Positions 41,194 to 50,227 of a DNA stretch of 64,000 bases are shown here, in pieces. Source of the stretch: Oligoflexia bacterium (GTDB lineage Bacteria; Bdellovibrionota; UBA1018). The stretch is from positions 1 through 64,000 of the forward strand of contig JAMPXJ010000017.1 of the NCBI GenBank assembly GCA_023701205.1, given 5' to 3'. Each line of letters opens with the position of its first letter. Position 1 is the stretch's first letter. The notes below the pieces were generated by a model. That model did not search any database, had not been told where the DNA came from, and saw only the letters and a list, made by a program, of their open reading frames with translations. The position numbers and the translations under genes were made by a program.

Positions 41194-41995
41194 GCGCGGC
41201 TTCACGCTCCTCGAGGTGCTGATCGCGATGGCGATCCTCGTTTTCATCAGCCTGGGCATCTACCAGGCCACCGTGGAGACCTACCGGCTGCGCGACATCC
41301 TTTCGAACGAGGGCGACTTCTACAACCAGATCCGGCTCTCGATGGATATCCTGCAGCGGGACGTCGCGGCGATGTATTCGCCCTCGCTCATGGCGCCCGC
41401 GCCCGCCGCCTCGCCCAGCCCCGGCCCGGGAGCGGGAGGCTATTCCGGCACCGCGACGGACCCCGACCTTCAGAGCCTCCTTTCGGGCGATCTCGGGCAA
41501 ACGAGCGAGTTCTGGCATGCGGCCACCGACAAGTCCGGCCTGCGCGCCTCGCGCTTCAAGGGCTCGGAGAGCAAGATGAGCTTCGTCTCGCTTTCGCATC
41601 GGCGCATCTACCGAGACTCGAAGGAGTCGGACTTCGCCAAGGTGAGCTATGAAGTCGCGCGCGATCCCGACAACAAGGAAACCGAGACGCTGATCCTGAC
41701 CAAGATCGAGAACGCGGACGCGTTCAACATCGATGACACGCGGGAAAAGGAGAACAGCCGGACCTACCCGCTCCTTTCGGGCATCACGAAGCTCCGCTTC
41801 CGCTACTACCGCAAGGACCAGGACCAGTGGAAGGAATACGGCAGCTGGGACTCCGACTCCGAGGACTTCAAGAACGCCTTCCCCGACCTCATCGAGGTGA
41901 GCCTCAGCGTGTCCGGCCCTTCACGCCTGTCATTCGAGGGAAAATTCAAATTCCGACCGGAGGTTCCGCTTCGTGGAATCACGCCGAGCCACTGA
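41171..41995 (+). CDS. gspJ: Minor pseudopilin GspJ
   Basis: RGFTLLEVLIAMAILVFISLGIY prepilin N-terminus. 274 aa with an internal Pro/Ala/Ser-rich insert. Confidence 0.7.
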   Translation: MSSRFRNKRGFTLLEVLIAMAILVFISLGIYQATVETYRLRDILSNEGDFYNQIRLSMDILQRDVAAMYSPSLMAPAPAASPSPGPGAGGYSGTATDPDLQSLLSGDLGQTSEFWHAATDKSGLRASRFKGSESKMSFVSLSHRRIYRDSKESDFAKVSYEVARDPDNKETETLILTKIENADAFNIDDTREKENSRTYPLLSGITKLRFRYYRKDQDQWKEYGSWDSDSEDFKNAFPDLIEVSLSVSGPSRLSFEGKFKFRPEVPLRGITPSH

Positions 41996-43301
41996 CCGCA
42001 AGCGCAGCGAAGGCGGGATCGCCCTCTTCATGGTGATCGCGGCGGTTGCCGTGCTTTCGATCCTGGTGACGGAGTTCACGTACATCGCCCAGGTGAACCA
42101 AAAGATGGCTTTCGACGGGCTCGATCAGCTCAAGGCGCATTACCTCGCCAAGAGCGGCCTGAAGCTCTCGCTCCTGCGCCTGAAAGCCTACCAGAACGTC
42201 AAGGACGCAATGGGCAAGCTCGGCGGGGGCAAGAGCGGCGACGCCCTGGGCGTCCCCCGCCAGGCGCTCGAGAAGATCTGGAACTTCCCTTTTTTCTATC
42301 CGATTCCGACGGAGATCCCCGGCCTGAGCCTTCAGGACCGCGATGCCATCGAGAAGTTCCAGAAGGCCTCCGGCCTGGAGGGCCGCTTCTCGGCCATCAT
42401 CGAATCGGAGTCGGGCAAGTACAACCTCAACCTGATGCTGGCGCCCTTCGCCCCGCCGGCGCCTTCGCCAAGCCCTTCCCCCTCGCCTCCACCGTCTGGC
42501 GGCGCCGCTCCGCCCGCGGGCGTCACCGGCCCGACGGGTCCGGCTTTCAACGCGGCGGAAGCCCGCAAGAGTCTCAGCGAGTACCTGGGCGAGCTCTTCC
42601 GGGCAAGAGCCGAGGGCGACGCCGACTTCGCGGCCGAGTACCGCGACCTGAACTTCGACGAGCTCATGGACAACATCTTCGCCTGGGCAGATCCGCTCTA
42701 CGAAAAGCAGTTCACCGGCATGCGCGACCAGACCGCTTACAAGAAAGGGCCCTTTTACTCGCTCTCCGAGCTCCACCAGATTCCAGGCATGGATGACGGC
42801 CTTTTCGAGCTTTTCGCGCCCGCGCTCACCGTGAGCACCACCCCCGGCATCAACGTCAACACGCTCAAGGAGCCCACGCTGCGAGCCCTGCTGCCGGGGA
42901 TCACCGACGAGGAGGTCAAGGACTTCTTCACCTTCCGCGACTCGGAAGAGGAAGACAACCAGTTCAAGGACGCGGAGAAGTTCTTTGAATACGTGCAGCG
43001 TAACATCTCCGTCTTCCGGAACAGCCCGACGGAGGTGGAGCGCTTCAAGGAGTCGCTCAAGAAGCGCAATGTCCGGATCGTCGTGGATGAGACGCTCTTC
43101 AAGATCACGGTCCAGGCCTCCGTCAATCAGTCCACGCGCCTGATCGAGGCCTGGGTGACGCTCGGATCGACCCGCAAATCCAAAACGCCGCCCTCGGCCA
43201 GGCCCCCGGCCGGGACGCCTCCCTTCACCGGGGAGCAGACGCCATCGTCCGAAGCCGCCCAGGACCCTGGCTTAAAGATCACTTTCATGAGAGTTTTGTA
43301 A
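41973..43301 (+). CDS. gspK: Minor pseudopilin GspK
   Basis: GGIALFMVIAAVAVLSILVTEFTY (GspK lacks the +5 Glu), then GspK-like helix-hairpin-helix repeats (INVNTLKEPTLRALLPGI). It has a PAPSPSPSPSPPP low-complexity insert. 442 aa. Confidence 0.7.
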   Translation: MESRRATDRKRSEGGIALFMVIAAVAVLSILVTEFTYIAQVNQKMAFDGLDQLKAHYLAKSGLKLSLLRLKAYQNVKDAMGKLGGGKSGDALGVPRQALEKIWNFPFFYPIPTEIPGLSLQDRDAIEKFQKASGLEGRFSAIIESESGKYNLNLMLAPFAPPAPSPSPSPSPPPSGGAAPPAGVTGPTGPAFNAAEARKSLSEYLGELFRARAEGDADFAAEYRDLNFDELMDNIFAWADPLYEKQFTGMRDQTAYKKGPFYSLSELHQIPGMDDGLFELFAPALTVSTTPGINVNTLKEPTLRALLPGITDEEVKDFFTFRDSEEEDNQFKDAEKFFEYVQRNISVFRNSPTEVERFKESLKKRNVRIVVDETLFKITVQASVNQSTRLIEAWVTLGSTRKSKTPPSARPPAGTPPFTGEQTPSSEAAQDPGLKITFMRVL

Positions 43302-43310
43302 AGGAAGGCT

Positions 43311-44963
43311 ATGAGAATCCTCGGAATCGACCTCGGCAGCACCAGCGTGAAAGCAGTGGAGATCGACAGCGCCTTCGGGCGCTACGAGATCCGCGATTAT
43401 TACGAGGTGAAGCTCGAGCCCGAAATGACGCCCGCCATGGCGCTCACCCGCCTGATGGACGGGCTACCCAAGGCGCCCGACCGCATTGCCGTCGCCCTTC
43501 CGACCCGGCACCTGACCTTCCGCAACCTGAAGCTGCCGACCCGCGATCGCAAGGCGATCCAGTCGAGCGTCGGCTTCGAGCTCGAGGACGAGCTCCCGTT
43601 TCCGATCGATAAATCCGTTTACGACTATTCCATCCTTTCGCAGTCCAAGCAGGGCTCGGTCGTGCACGTTGCCGCCACGCTGCAGCGGCACCTCGCGACC
43701 TCGCTCGAGTCCTGGCTCGCCGCCGGCATCGACCCCGATCTGGTCACGGGTGAATGCTGGGCTTATCGCGCATTTCTCAACCGCGTCCTGCCCCGCGAGG
43801 AGCAGGAAAAGCCGGTGCTCCTCGCCGAGATCGGACACGAGCGCACGGTCCTCTACGTCCAATGGCGCGGCTCTCCGATCATGAGCCGCGAGATCCCCTG
43901 GGGCGGGCGGGACCTGACCCAGGCCATTTCCCAGAACCTGGGCATCCCCTTCGAGCAGGCCGAGGCCGCCAAGATCGACCAGGGCTTCGTGATCCAGGAG
44001 GCCCAGCGTTCGCAGGTGACCCAGGAGCAGGCGGACTTCTCCGATATCCTCATGAACCCGCTGCGGGAACTGGTCTCGGCCATCCGCCAGGCCGAGCTCA
44101 TCGGCAAGAACCTCACGCACGAGAACCTCGGCAGGATCTATCTGAGCGGCGGAACGCTGCTTCTGCCTGGCCTGATCGGCGTCATCGAGGAGCACACGGG
44201 CATTCCCGCCAAGCCGCTTCAGGGACTTTCGTCCATCGCGGCGTCAGGCGTGACCTACTCCGAGCACTCGGACGCGGTTTTTCTGCTGGCGGCTTCCACG
44301 GCGCTTTGCCTGGTCGGAACCGACCGCGCCTCCACGATCAACTTCCGCAAAGGGGAGTTCGTGAAGAAAGGGCGGACCCGGGAGCTGAACCTGTCGAACC
44401 TGCGTCGGCCCCTGCTTGCCGCCGGCGCGGTCGCGGCAAGCCTCATCGCGAGCGTCGTCGCCCAGTCGGTGATCTATAAGGGACGCCTCCAGGAGCTCGA
44501 TGCCCAGCTCGAACGCGGGATCAAGACCTTCTTCGAGACGCAGTCCTCGAGCAGCGTGCGCACCTACCTCTCGAGCACCACTCGGCTGCGCAACTCGATC
44601 AACGAGAAGCTCACCAGGCAGAAGGAGCTCGGGAGGCTGGCCGGACCCAATCCGCGATCCCCGATCGAGTTCCTCAAATCGCTCTCTCAGTCCATTCCAA
44701 AGGATATCGTCGTCGACATGACCCAGTTCCAGGTCGGCGCGGCACCCACGGCTTCCTTCTCGGGGATCAGCGACCAATCGGCAACGCTCAGCTTCATCGT
44801 GGCGAGCCCCCAGGCCGCCGATCGGCTTGCCGGCATCCTGGGCTCCAAGCTCACCGGGCTGCAGAAAGGCAAGGTCGAAGAGGTCCCCGGCGTCGATGGG
44901 GGCGCGAAGCGGTCCAAAGTCACGTTCACCGGAAAACCCGCGGAGGAAGCTTATGGAAGGTGA
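43311..44963 (+). CDS. gspL: Type II secretion protein GspL: cytoplasmic actin-like domain, one TM, periplasmic domain
   Basis: The N-terminus MRILGIDLGSTSVKAVEID is a PilM/GspL actin-like fold. A TM segment lies near residue 370 (LLAAGAVAASLIASVVAQSV). The gene sits between gspK and gspM. Confidence 0.65.
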   Translation: MRILGIDLGSTSVKAVEIDSAFGRYEIRDYYEVKLEPEMTPAMALTRLMDGLPKAPDRIAVALPTRHLTFRNLKLPTRDRKAIQSSVGFELEDELPFPIDKSVYDYSILSQSKQGSVVHVAATLQRHLATSLESWLAAGIDPDLVTGECWAYRAFLNRVLPREEQEKPVLLAEIGHERTVLYVQWRGSPIMSREIPWGGRDLTQAISQNLGIPFEQAEAAKIDQGFVIQEAQRSQVTQEQADFSDILMNPLRELVSAIRQAELIGKNLTHENLGRIYLSGGTLLLPGLIGVIEEHTGIPAKPLQGLSSIAASGVTYSEHSDAVFLLAASTALCLVGTDRASTINFRKGEFVKKGRTRELNLSNLRRPLLAAGAVAASLIASVVAQSVIYKGRLQELDAQLERGIKTFFETQSSSSVRTYLSSTTRLRNSINEKLTRQKELGRLAGPNPRSPIEFLKSLSQSIPKDIVVDMTQFQVGAAPTASFSGISDQSATLSFIVASPQAADRLAGILGSKLTGLQKGKVEEVPGVDGGAKRSKVTFTGKPAEEAYGR

Positions 44964-45570
44964 CTCACGGCTCTCGCGTCTGGTGGATTCCGTCAGCGAC
45001 TTCTTCGCCGAACAGGAATGGGTCCGCCAGCTCAAGGCGAAATGGGATGACCTTGATCCGAAATCCCAGCTCTATCTGAGGCTGGGCTCCCTCGTGGGCG
45101 GGGGCGCGCTCGTGGTTTTCGCCACCGGGAGCTTTCTCTGGAGCGTGCATGGCCTCAAGAAGGAAGTTTCCGAGAAAGCCGAGCTCGTGCAGCTCCTTCA
45201 AAGCGCCAACGACGAGATGCGCCGGCTCAAGGAGTCCGGAAGCTCCGCTCCGGTCGCCGCGGGCACCGAGCCCTGGAGCGCCTATTTCACTGGCGTCGCG
45301 GCGCCTCTGGGCCTGGGCAAGGAGAACTTCTCCGTTTCGGAGGAAAAGAAAGCCGCTGGCGAAAGCGACCAGGTCAAAGAATCGCTGTACGATCTCTCCC
45401 TCAAGAAGGTGAATATCCGTCAGGTGGTCCGGCTGGCATTCAGCCTCGAGAACGGCGCCCGTCCGGTGAAAATCCGCAATCTCCTGATTGACACCAAGGA
45501 GGACCCCACGGGATACATGGACGCCACTCTTTCGGTCTCGGCCTTCACGGTCGCGGCAGCGGGCAAGTAA
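44953..45570 (+). CDS. gspM: Type II secretion protein GspM
   Basis: 205 aa with a single TM (LVGGGALVVFATGSFLWSV) and a periplasmic ferredoxin-like domain. Position after gspL; 11-nt overlap. Confidence 0.55.
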   Translation: MEGDSRLSRLVDSVSDFFAEQEWVRQLKAKWDDLDPKSQLYLRLGSLVGGGALVVFATGSFLWSVHGLKKEVSEKAELVQLLQSANDEMRRLKESGSSAPVAAGTEPWSAYFTGVAAPLGLGKENFSVSEEKKAAGESDQVKESLYDLSLKKVNIRQVVRLAFSLENGARPVKIRNLLIDTKEDPTGYMDATLSVSAFTVAAAGK

Positions 45571-45594
45571 AGGGAAGAATTTTACGGGAATTTA

Positions 45595-46539
45595 ATGGAA
45601 ACAGAGAACACCACGATCGATGCGCCGGCCCCTTCCCGGGCACGACGGGCCTTGAGCCTGATCCTTTGGGGAGTGTTCGCGTTCGTTTGCCTGCTGAGCT
45701 TCACTCTGCTCAAGCTTCCCGAGGAACGGATCCGGAATCTCGTCCAGGGCGGCATCTCGAGCGCGCTGGCCGATCGTGGCATCGGCTTTTCCGCCAATGA
45801 AGGGCGGATCTCCATCGGCCTCGGCATTTCGTATGTGATGAAAGGCGTGACGTTGACGCCCCCCCCTCCGGGTGAGCCGGCGAAGATCGAGAAGGCCGTG
45901 ATCTCCCCTTCGATTCTGCCGCTCTTCCTGGGGAGACTGGGTGGCACTCTCCGGCTCGAGCACGGCAAGGGCTACCTCAAGGCCTCCGTCTCCCGGCGAA
46001 AGCAGGACATCTCCGCCACCGTCCACGCGAGTGCCTTTGACCTGGGCAAGACCGGGCTCTTTCCGCTGCTCGCGGAACTCCAGGGCTCAACCCTGCTCTC
46101 GGGCGACGTGACGATCCAGGGCGATCCTTCGGTCCCGTCCACCCTGACCGGCAGCGTTTCGATCGGCCTGAGCGATATCGTGATCGACTCGCAGTCGATT
46201 TCCGGTTTCACGATCCCGCGACTCTCGGTTTCCGAAGGCAAGGTCGACGTCGAGGTCGATAAGGCGAAAGCAACCCTCAAGACGCTGCGCCTGGGCAAGA
46301 AAGGCAGCGCCACCGACGATCTCACCGGAACCGTGAGCGGCAACGTCGCGCTCGGACGCAGCTGGCCTTCCAGCACGCTTAACCTGAAGGCCGAGTTCGG
46401 CCTCTCCCAAAAGCTCCTGAAAGCCTATTCCCTGCTGGACGCACTCCTGGGAGCGGGCAAACGCGCCGACGGCAGCTATGCCTACGCCATCACCGGCCCG
46501 ATCTCCGCTCCCATGCCCGCGCCGGCGGCACAGCCTTAG
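45595..46539 (+). CDS. gspN: Type II secretion protein GspN
   Basis: 314 aa with an N-terminal TM (ILWGVFAFVCLLSFTLL) and a beta-rich periplasmic domain carrying the GspN-like ...G.V.L.G motif. It is the last gene of the gsp operon. Confidence 0.5.
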   Translation: METENTTIDAPAPSRARRALSLILWGVFAFVCLLSFTLLKLPEERIRNLVQGGISSALADRGIGFSANEGRISIGLGISYVMKGVTLTPPPPGEPAKIEKAVISPSILPLFLGRLGGTLRLEHGKGYLKASVSRRKQDISATVHASAFDLGKTGLFPLLAELQGSTLLSGDVTIQGDPSVPSTLTGSVSIGLSDIVIDSQSISGFTIPRLSVSEGKVDVEVDKAKATLKTLRLGKKGSATDDLTGTVSGNVALGRSWPSSTLNLKAEFGLSQKLLKAYSLLDALLGAGKRADGSYAYAITGPISAPMPAPAAQP

Positions 46540-46548
46540 GACATACCC

Positions 46549-47412
46549 ATGCTCGACCTCGAGACCGCACTCCGCTCCGCCTATGAACGTCATCTGAGCA
46601 AGAAGGATGGCGCCACCCCCGCCAATCTCGAAACCGCCATGCGCTACAGCCTGCTCTCTCCCGGCAAGCGGATCCGGCCGCGCCTGGCGCTGGCCTGCGC
46701 CCGCATGCTGGGGCTGTCGCCCGAGGCCGCGCTGCCGGCGGCGCTCGCGATCGAGATGATCCATTGCTTCACCCTCATCCACGACGACCTTCCCTGCATG
46801 GATGACGACGATTTCCGCCGGGGGCGTCCGTCGAACCACAAAGTGCACGGCGAGAGCCTCGCGCTGCTGGCCGGGGACGCGCTCGTGGCGCTCGCGCTCG
46901 AGGTCTTTCTCGATGCCGCCGAGCACGTTCCGGCGGATCGGGTCCTGGCAGCGCTGCGCCGTTTCGCCTGGGCCACGGGCCCCAGGGGGGTGATCGGCGG
47001 CCAGGCTGCCGAGAGCCTGCTCGGCAAGACCTCGTCGCTCGAGGAGCTCCGACGGATGCATGCCCAGAAAACCGGCGCTCTATTCTCGATCTCGCTGCTG
47101 GCTCCGATGGAGCTCGTCGGCATTCCCGCCGACAGCCCGCGCGCGGCCGCCATCGACCTTTTCGCGCGGGAGCTGGGGCTCGCCTTCCAGATCGCCGACG
47201 ATCTGGAGGACGCGACCGAAGCAACGGCCAAGGACGACCCCACGAGCATCCTCTTTTACCTGGGTGATGAAGAGGCCCGACGCGACACCATCGGAAGACT
47301 GGAAAACGCCAAGGCTGCCCTTACGGAACACTGGAAGGAGGCCGCGCAACCGCTCACCACGATCGCCGACGAGGTGATCCGCAAGATCAGGGACGCCCAT
47401 GGCGCGAGCTAG
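46549..47412 (+). CDS. Polyprenyl diphosphate synthase (FPP/GGPP synthase, IspA-like)
   Basis: First DDxxD motif in LIHDDLPCMDDDDFRRGRPSNH, second in FQIADDLED, plus KTGALF. 287 aa. It starts 9 nt after the gspN stop. Confidence 0.85.
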   Translation: MLDLETALRSAYERHLSKKDGATPANLETAMRYSLLSPGKRIRPRLALACARMLGLSPEAALPAALAIEMIHCFTLIHDDLPCMDDDDFRRGRPSNHKVHGESLALLAGDALVALALEVFLDAAEHVPADRVLAALRRFAWATGPRGVIGGQAAESLLGKTSSLEELRRMHAQKTGALFSISLLAPMELVGIPADSPRAAAIDLFARELGLAFQIADDLEDATEATAKDDPTSILFYLGDEEARRDTIGRLENAKAALTEHWKEAAQPLTTIADEVIRKIRDAHGAS

Positions 47413-48391
47413 GAAGCCCTTCCGCTTTCTCTGGATCACCGATCCCTGGAACACGCTCGATCATGAGCGCGACACCACGCTGCGCCTGGCGGGCGAGGCC
47501 CTGCTGCTGGGCCACGAGTGCTATTGGTGCGATATCCACGGGATCCGTTGGGAAAACGGCGCCGTTCTGGTTTCGGCGCGACGCATGCGCGCTACCGCGA
47601 CATCGCTCGACGTCGCCACGGAGCAGCCGCTCTCCCATTTCGACAGCCTCCAGTACCGCACCGATCCCCCCGTCGACCTGGGCTATCTCCAACCCCTGCA
47701 GCTCCTGCTCGCCGGGTCCGAGGCCCGCCGCCTCCCGCTGACCAATCCCGCGGAAGTTTTGATGACCGCCAATGAGAAGCTCGAGGCCGCGTTTCTCGGG
47801 GAGCTGATGCCTCCCGGAATCGCTTCGAGCCAGTGGGAACCTCTCGCGCTTTTCGGCGCGCGCGAGGGCCTGACCGTGCTCAAACCGCTGCACCTCGCGC
47901 AGAGTCGGGGCGTAGAGCTCCTCGACTGGCGCGACGAGCCGTCGCGCGCTCGCGCTCGCGCCGCGCTCGAAAAGGCGACCGAGGGCTTCTCGCGTCCCGT
48001 CCTGCTGCAACGTTTTCTCAAAGGGATCGAAGACGGTGAAACCCGCCTGTGGTTCCTCGACGGCAACCTCCTGGCCCAGGTCCGCAAGCTCCCCCTCCCG
48101 GGCGATTTCCGCGTGAACATCGACCGCGGCAGCCGCCTCGTGGCGCGTCCCCTTCGTCCCGCCGAACGGAAAATCGCCTCCGTCATCGGGCGCCACCTCA
48201 AGCGGCGCGGGATCCGGCTCGCGGCGGTGGATCTGATCGAGGGCTACGTCACCGATTTCAACTTCACCAGCCCGGGCCTGCTCTTGCAGATGGAACGCGC
48301 TCTCGACCTCAACCTTGCCCGGCCCATCATCGAGGCCCTGGCCGGGAAACCCGCTGATCGATCGCGCCGAAAAGCGAAACGCCGTCGCTGA
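47399..48391 (+). CDS. ATP-grasp ligase, glutathione-synthetase (GshB)-like
   Basis: It aligns by eye with E. coli GshB: RFLWITDPW...RLAGEALLLGHECYW matches KLGIVMDPI...MLLEAQRRGYELHY; LKPLHLAQSRG matches LKPLDGMGGAS; RLWFLDGNLL...RVNIDRGSRLV....DLIEGYVTDFNFTSPGLL matches RVLVVDGEPV...GNLAAGGRGE...DIIGDRLTEINVTSPTCI. There is a 14-nt overlap with the upstream gene. Confidence 0.6.
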   Translation: MARARKPFRFLWITDPWNTLDHERDTTLRLAGEALLLGHECYWCDIHGIRWENGAVLVSARRMRATATSLDVATEQPLSHFDSLQYRTDPPVDLGYLQPLQLLLAGSEARRLPLTNPAEVLMTANEKLEAAFLGELMPPGIASSQWEPLALFGAREGLTVLKPLHLAQSRGVELLDWRDEPSRARARAALEKATEGFSRPVLLQRFLKGIEDGETRLWFLDGNLLAQVRKLPLPGDFRVNIDRGSRLVARPLRPAERKIASVIGRHLKRRGIRLAAVDLIEGYVTDFNFTSPGLLLQMERALDLNLARPIIEALAGKPADRSRRKAKRRR

Positions 48392-49358
48392 ACATCTCGA
48401 TCCGTACCCGGTCGCCGAAACGCAGAAAAGGCGTGCGCGCGGTTCCGGAATCCAGAACCTCGAGCATCCGTTTTTCCGCCAGACAGCTGCTCCCGCGTCC
48501 GCGATCCTCATTCGATACCGTCCCGCTGCCCACGATCGTGCCGGCGCGGAGCGGCCGGGTCCGCGCCGCGTGCGCGATGAGCTCGGCGAAAGAGAAATGC
48601 ATCTCCGGACCGGCGTCGGGATTCCCGAAGAGCTCGCCGTTGAGCCGCGTCACGAGCGGCAGGTGCACGCGCGACTCGCGCCACGCCGGTCCGAGCTCCT
48701 CGGGGGTGAGCGCCAGCGGCGCGAACGCGCTCGAAGGTTTGGATTGAAGGAATCCGAATCCCTTGGCCAGCTCCCCCGGAATCAGGTTTCGCAGGCTCAC
48801 GTCGTTGCAGAGCAGGATGAGCCGGATCAGTCCCGCCGCCTCGGCGACGGAGACTCCCATCGGAACGTCGCCGGTCACGACGGCCACCTCCGACTCGAAG
48901 TCGATCCCCCAATCCTCGCTCGCGGCGACGATATCCTCGGTCGGCGCGAGAAAGGCGTCGCTCCCGCCCTGATACATCAGCGGATCGGTCAGCAGCGTCG
49001 GCGGCAACTCGGCCCCGCGGGCCTTTCGGACGAGAGCGACATGATTGAGATAGGCGCTTCCGTCGAGCCACGCGAAAGCCCGAGGCAACGGCGAGAGCAG
49101 CTCCCGCGCGTCGAGTCCGAAGGCCCGACCGCACTCGCCGCGCTCCAGGCTCGCCGCCAGTTCGAAAAGCCTCGGCGCGGTCGCGGCCCAATCATCCAGC
49201 GCCGCCTGCAATGTGGCCGCCACCGCGTCAGCTCTCGCCGCGCGGGCGCGGTCCTTGCTCACCACCAGGAGCTCGCCGTCGCGCCGCCCGTTATTCCGAG
49301 TCGCCAGGATCACCAGGCCTCTCCTTTCGCCCGCGCCAGGAATCGGGCTCCGAGCCAC
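48327..49358 (-). CDS. Fumarylacetoacetate hydrolase (FAH) family protein
   Basis: C-terminal FAH fold motifs: ELIAHAARTRPLRAGTIVGSGT, MHFSFAELI, and metal ligands in EVAVVTGD. It is the last gene of the hppD-hmgA operon. Confidence 0.8.
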   Translation of the reverse strand: MARSPIPGAGERRGLVILATRNNGRRDGELLVVSKDRARAARADAVAATLQAALDDWAATAPRLFELAASLERGECGRAFGLDARELLSPLPRAFAWLDGSAYLNHVALVRKARGAELPPTLLTDPLMYQGGSDAFLAPTEDIVAASEDWGIDFESEVAVVTGDVPMGVSVAEAAGLIRLILLCNDVSLRNLIPGELAKGFGFLQSKPSSAFAPLALTPEELGPAWRESRVHLPLVTRLNGELFGNPDAGPEMHFSFAELIAHAARTRPLRAGTIVGSGTVSNEDRGRGSSCLAEKRMLEVLDSGTARTPFLRFGDRVRIEMFSDGVSLFGAIDQRVSRPGPR

Positions 49359-50227
49359 GCCTGCGCGAGCTTGTTTTCCCGAATCCAGCCCTGGATAAGG
49401 CGATGCAAGCCCTCCTCGGATTCCTTGAAGAACTCCGCGATCGCTCCCAGGAGCGCATCCGATTCCGGTCCAGCATCCTCGGGGATTTCCAGCACTCCCG
49501 CGAGCCGCGCCAGATCGTTGCCGGTGAGGACCTTGCTCTCGAGCAGGCAGCGGGGCAGGCGGTCGAAGCCCACTCCCCCGGCCTGAGTCGGCGGCTTCGC
49601 CAGCTCGAAGAGCCCTTCGCGCGCGCGCGTGTACCAGTCTGCGCCCAGACGCGCGACCGGGTCCATCCGGTAAGGATCGATCCGTCCCTCACCATCGAGG
49701 ATCTCGCGTCTCAAATGCACCTGGACCACCTCTCCGATCAGCAGGTTTCCGCTCGCCGGCTTGCCCCCGAGCTCCAGATGCCGCAACAGGCGGCACTCGA
49801 GGATACAGGGTGACTCCGCCACTCCGGGCGGGGCGATCAGCCGCGAAGGACGCTTGGTGAAGCCAGCCTTCACGAACTCGTCCACCCCGCGCGCGAATGC
49901 GCCGGAAGCCAGGCTCGCCTGCTCCACCATCGCGTGATTCACGATCGAAACGGTGAACTCCTCCGTGGCCAGGACATTCTGCAGCGTATGTTTCGGCTCG
50001 CCCGTTCTCCCGCTCAACGCAGGGGAGATGGCCAGGCAGGCCGGGTTCGATCCGAAGACGTTGAAGAAAGAGAACGGCGAAAGGTTGGCGCGCCCCTCGC
50101 GGTCCTGGGTCCCGGTGAGGGCGATCGGCCGCGGCGCCACGGCCGAGATCAGCAGCTGCTGTCGATCCGGCACTCCGAGGACCGCCGGATCGACTTCGAG
50201 AAATGCGTCCATCGCGTCCTTACCCAT
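49310..50227 (-). CDS. Flavin reductase-like (FMN-binding split-barrel) domain protein with a ~100-aa C-terminal extension
   Basis: RPIALTGTQDREGRANLSPFSFFNVFGSNPACLAISPA matches the flavin_reduct core (RPvalvtt.d.dG.pN.apfSw...s.dPP). It is translationally coupled to hmgA upstream (8-nt overlap) and to the FAH gene downstream. Confidence 0.65.
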   Translation of the reverse strand: MGKDAMDAFLEVDPAVLGVPDRQQLLISAVAPRPIALTGTQDREGRANLSPFSFFNVFGSNPACLAISPALSGRTGEPKHTLQNVLATEEFTVSIVNHAMVEQASLASGAFARGVDEFVKAGFTKRPSRLIAPPGVAESPCILECRLLRHLELGGKPASGNLLIGEVVQVHLRREILDGEGRIDPYRMDPVARLGADWYTRAREGLFELAKPPTQAGGVGFDRLPRCLLESKVLTGNDLARLAGVLEIPEDAGPESDALLGAIAEFFKESEEGLHRLIQGWIRENKLAQAWLGARFLARAKGEAW

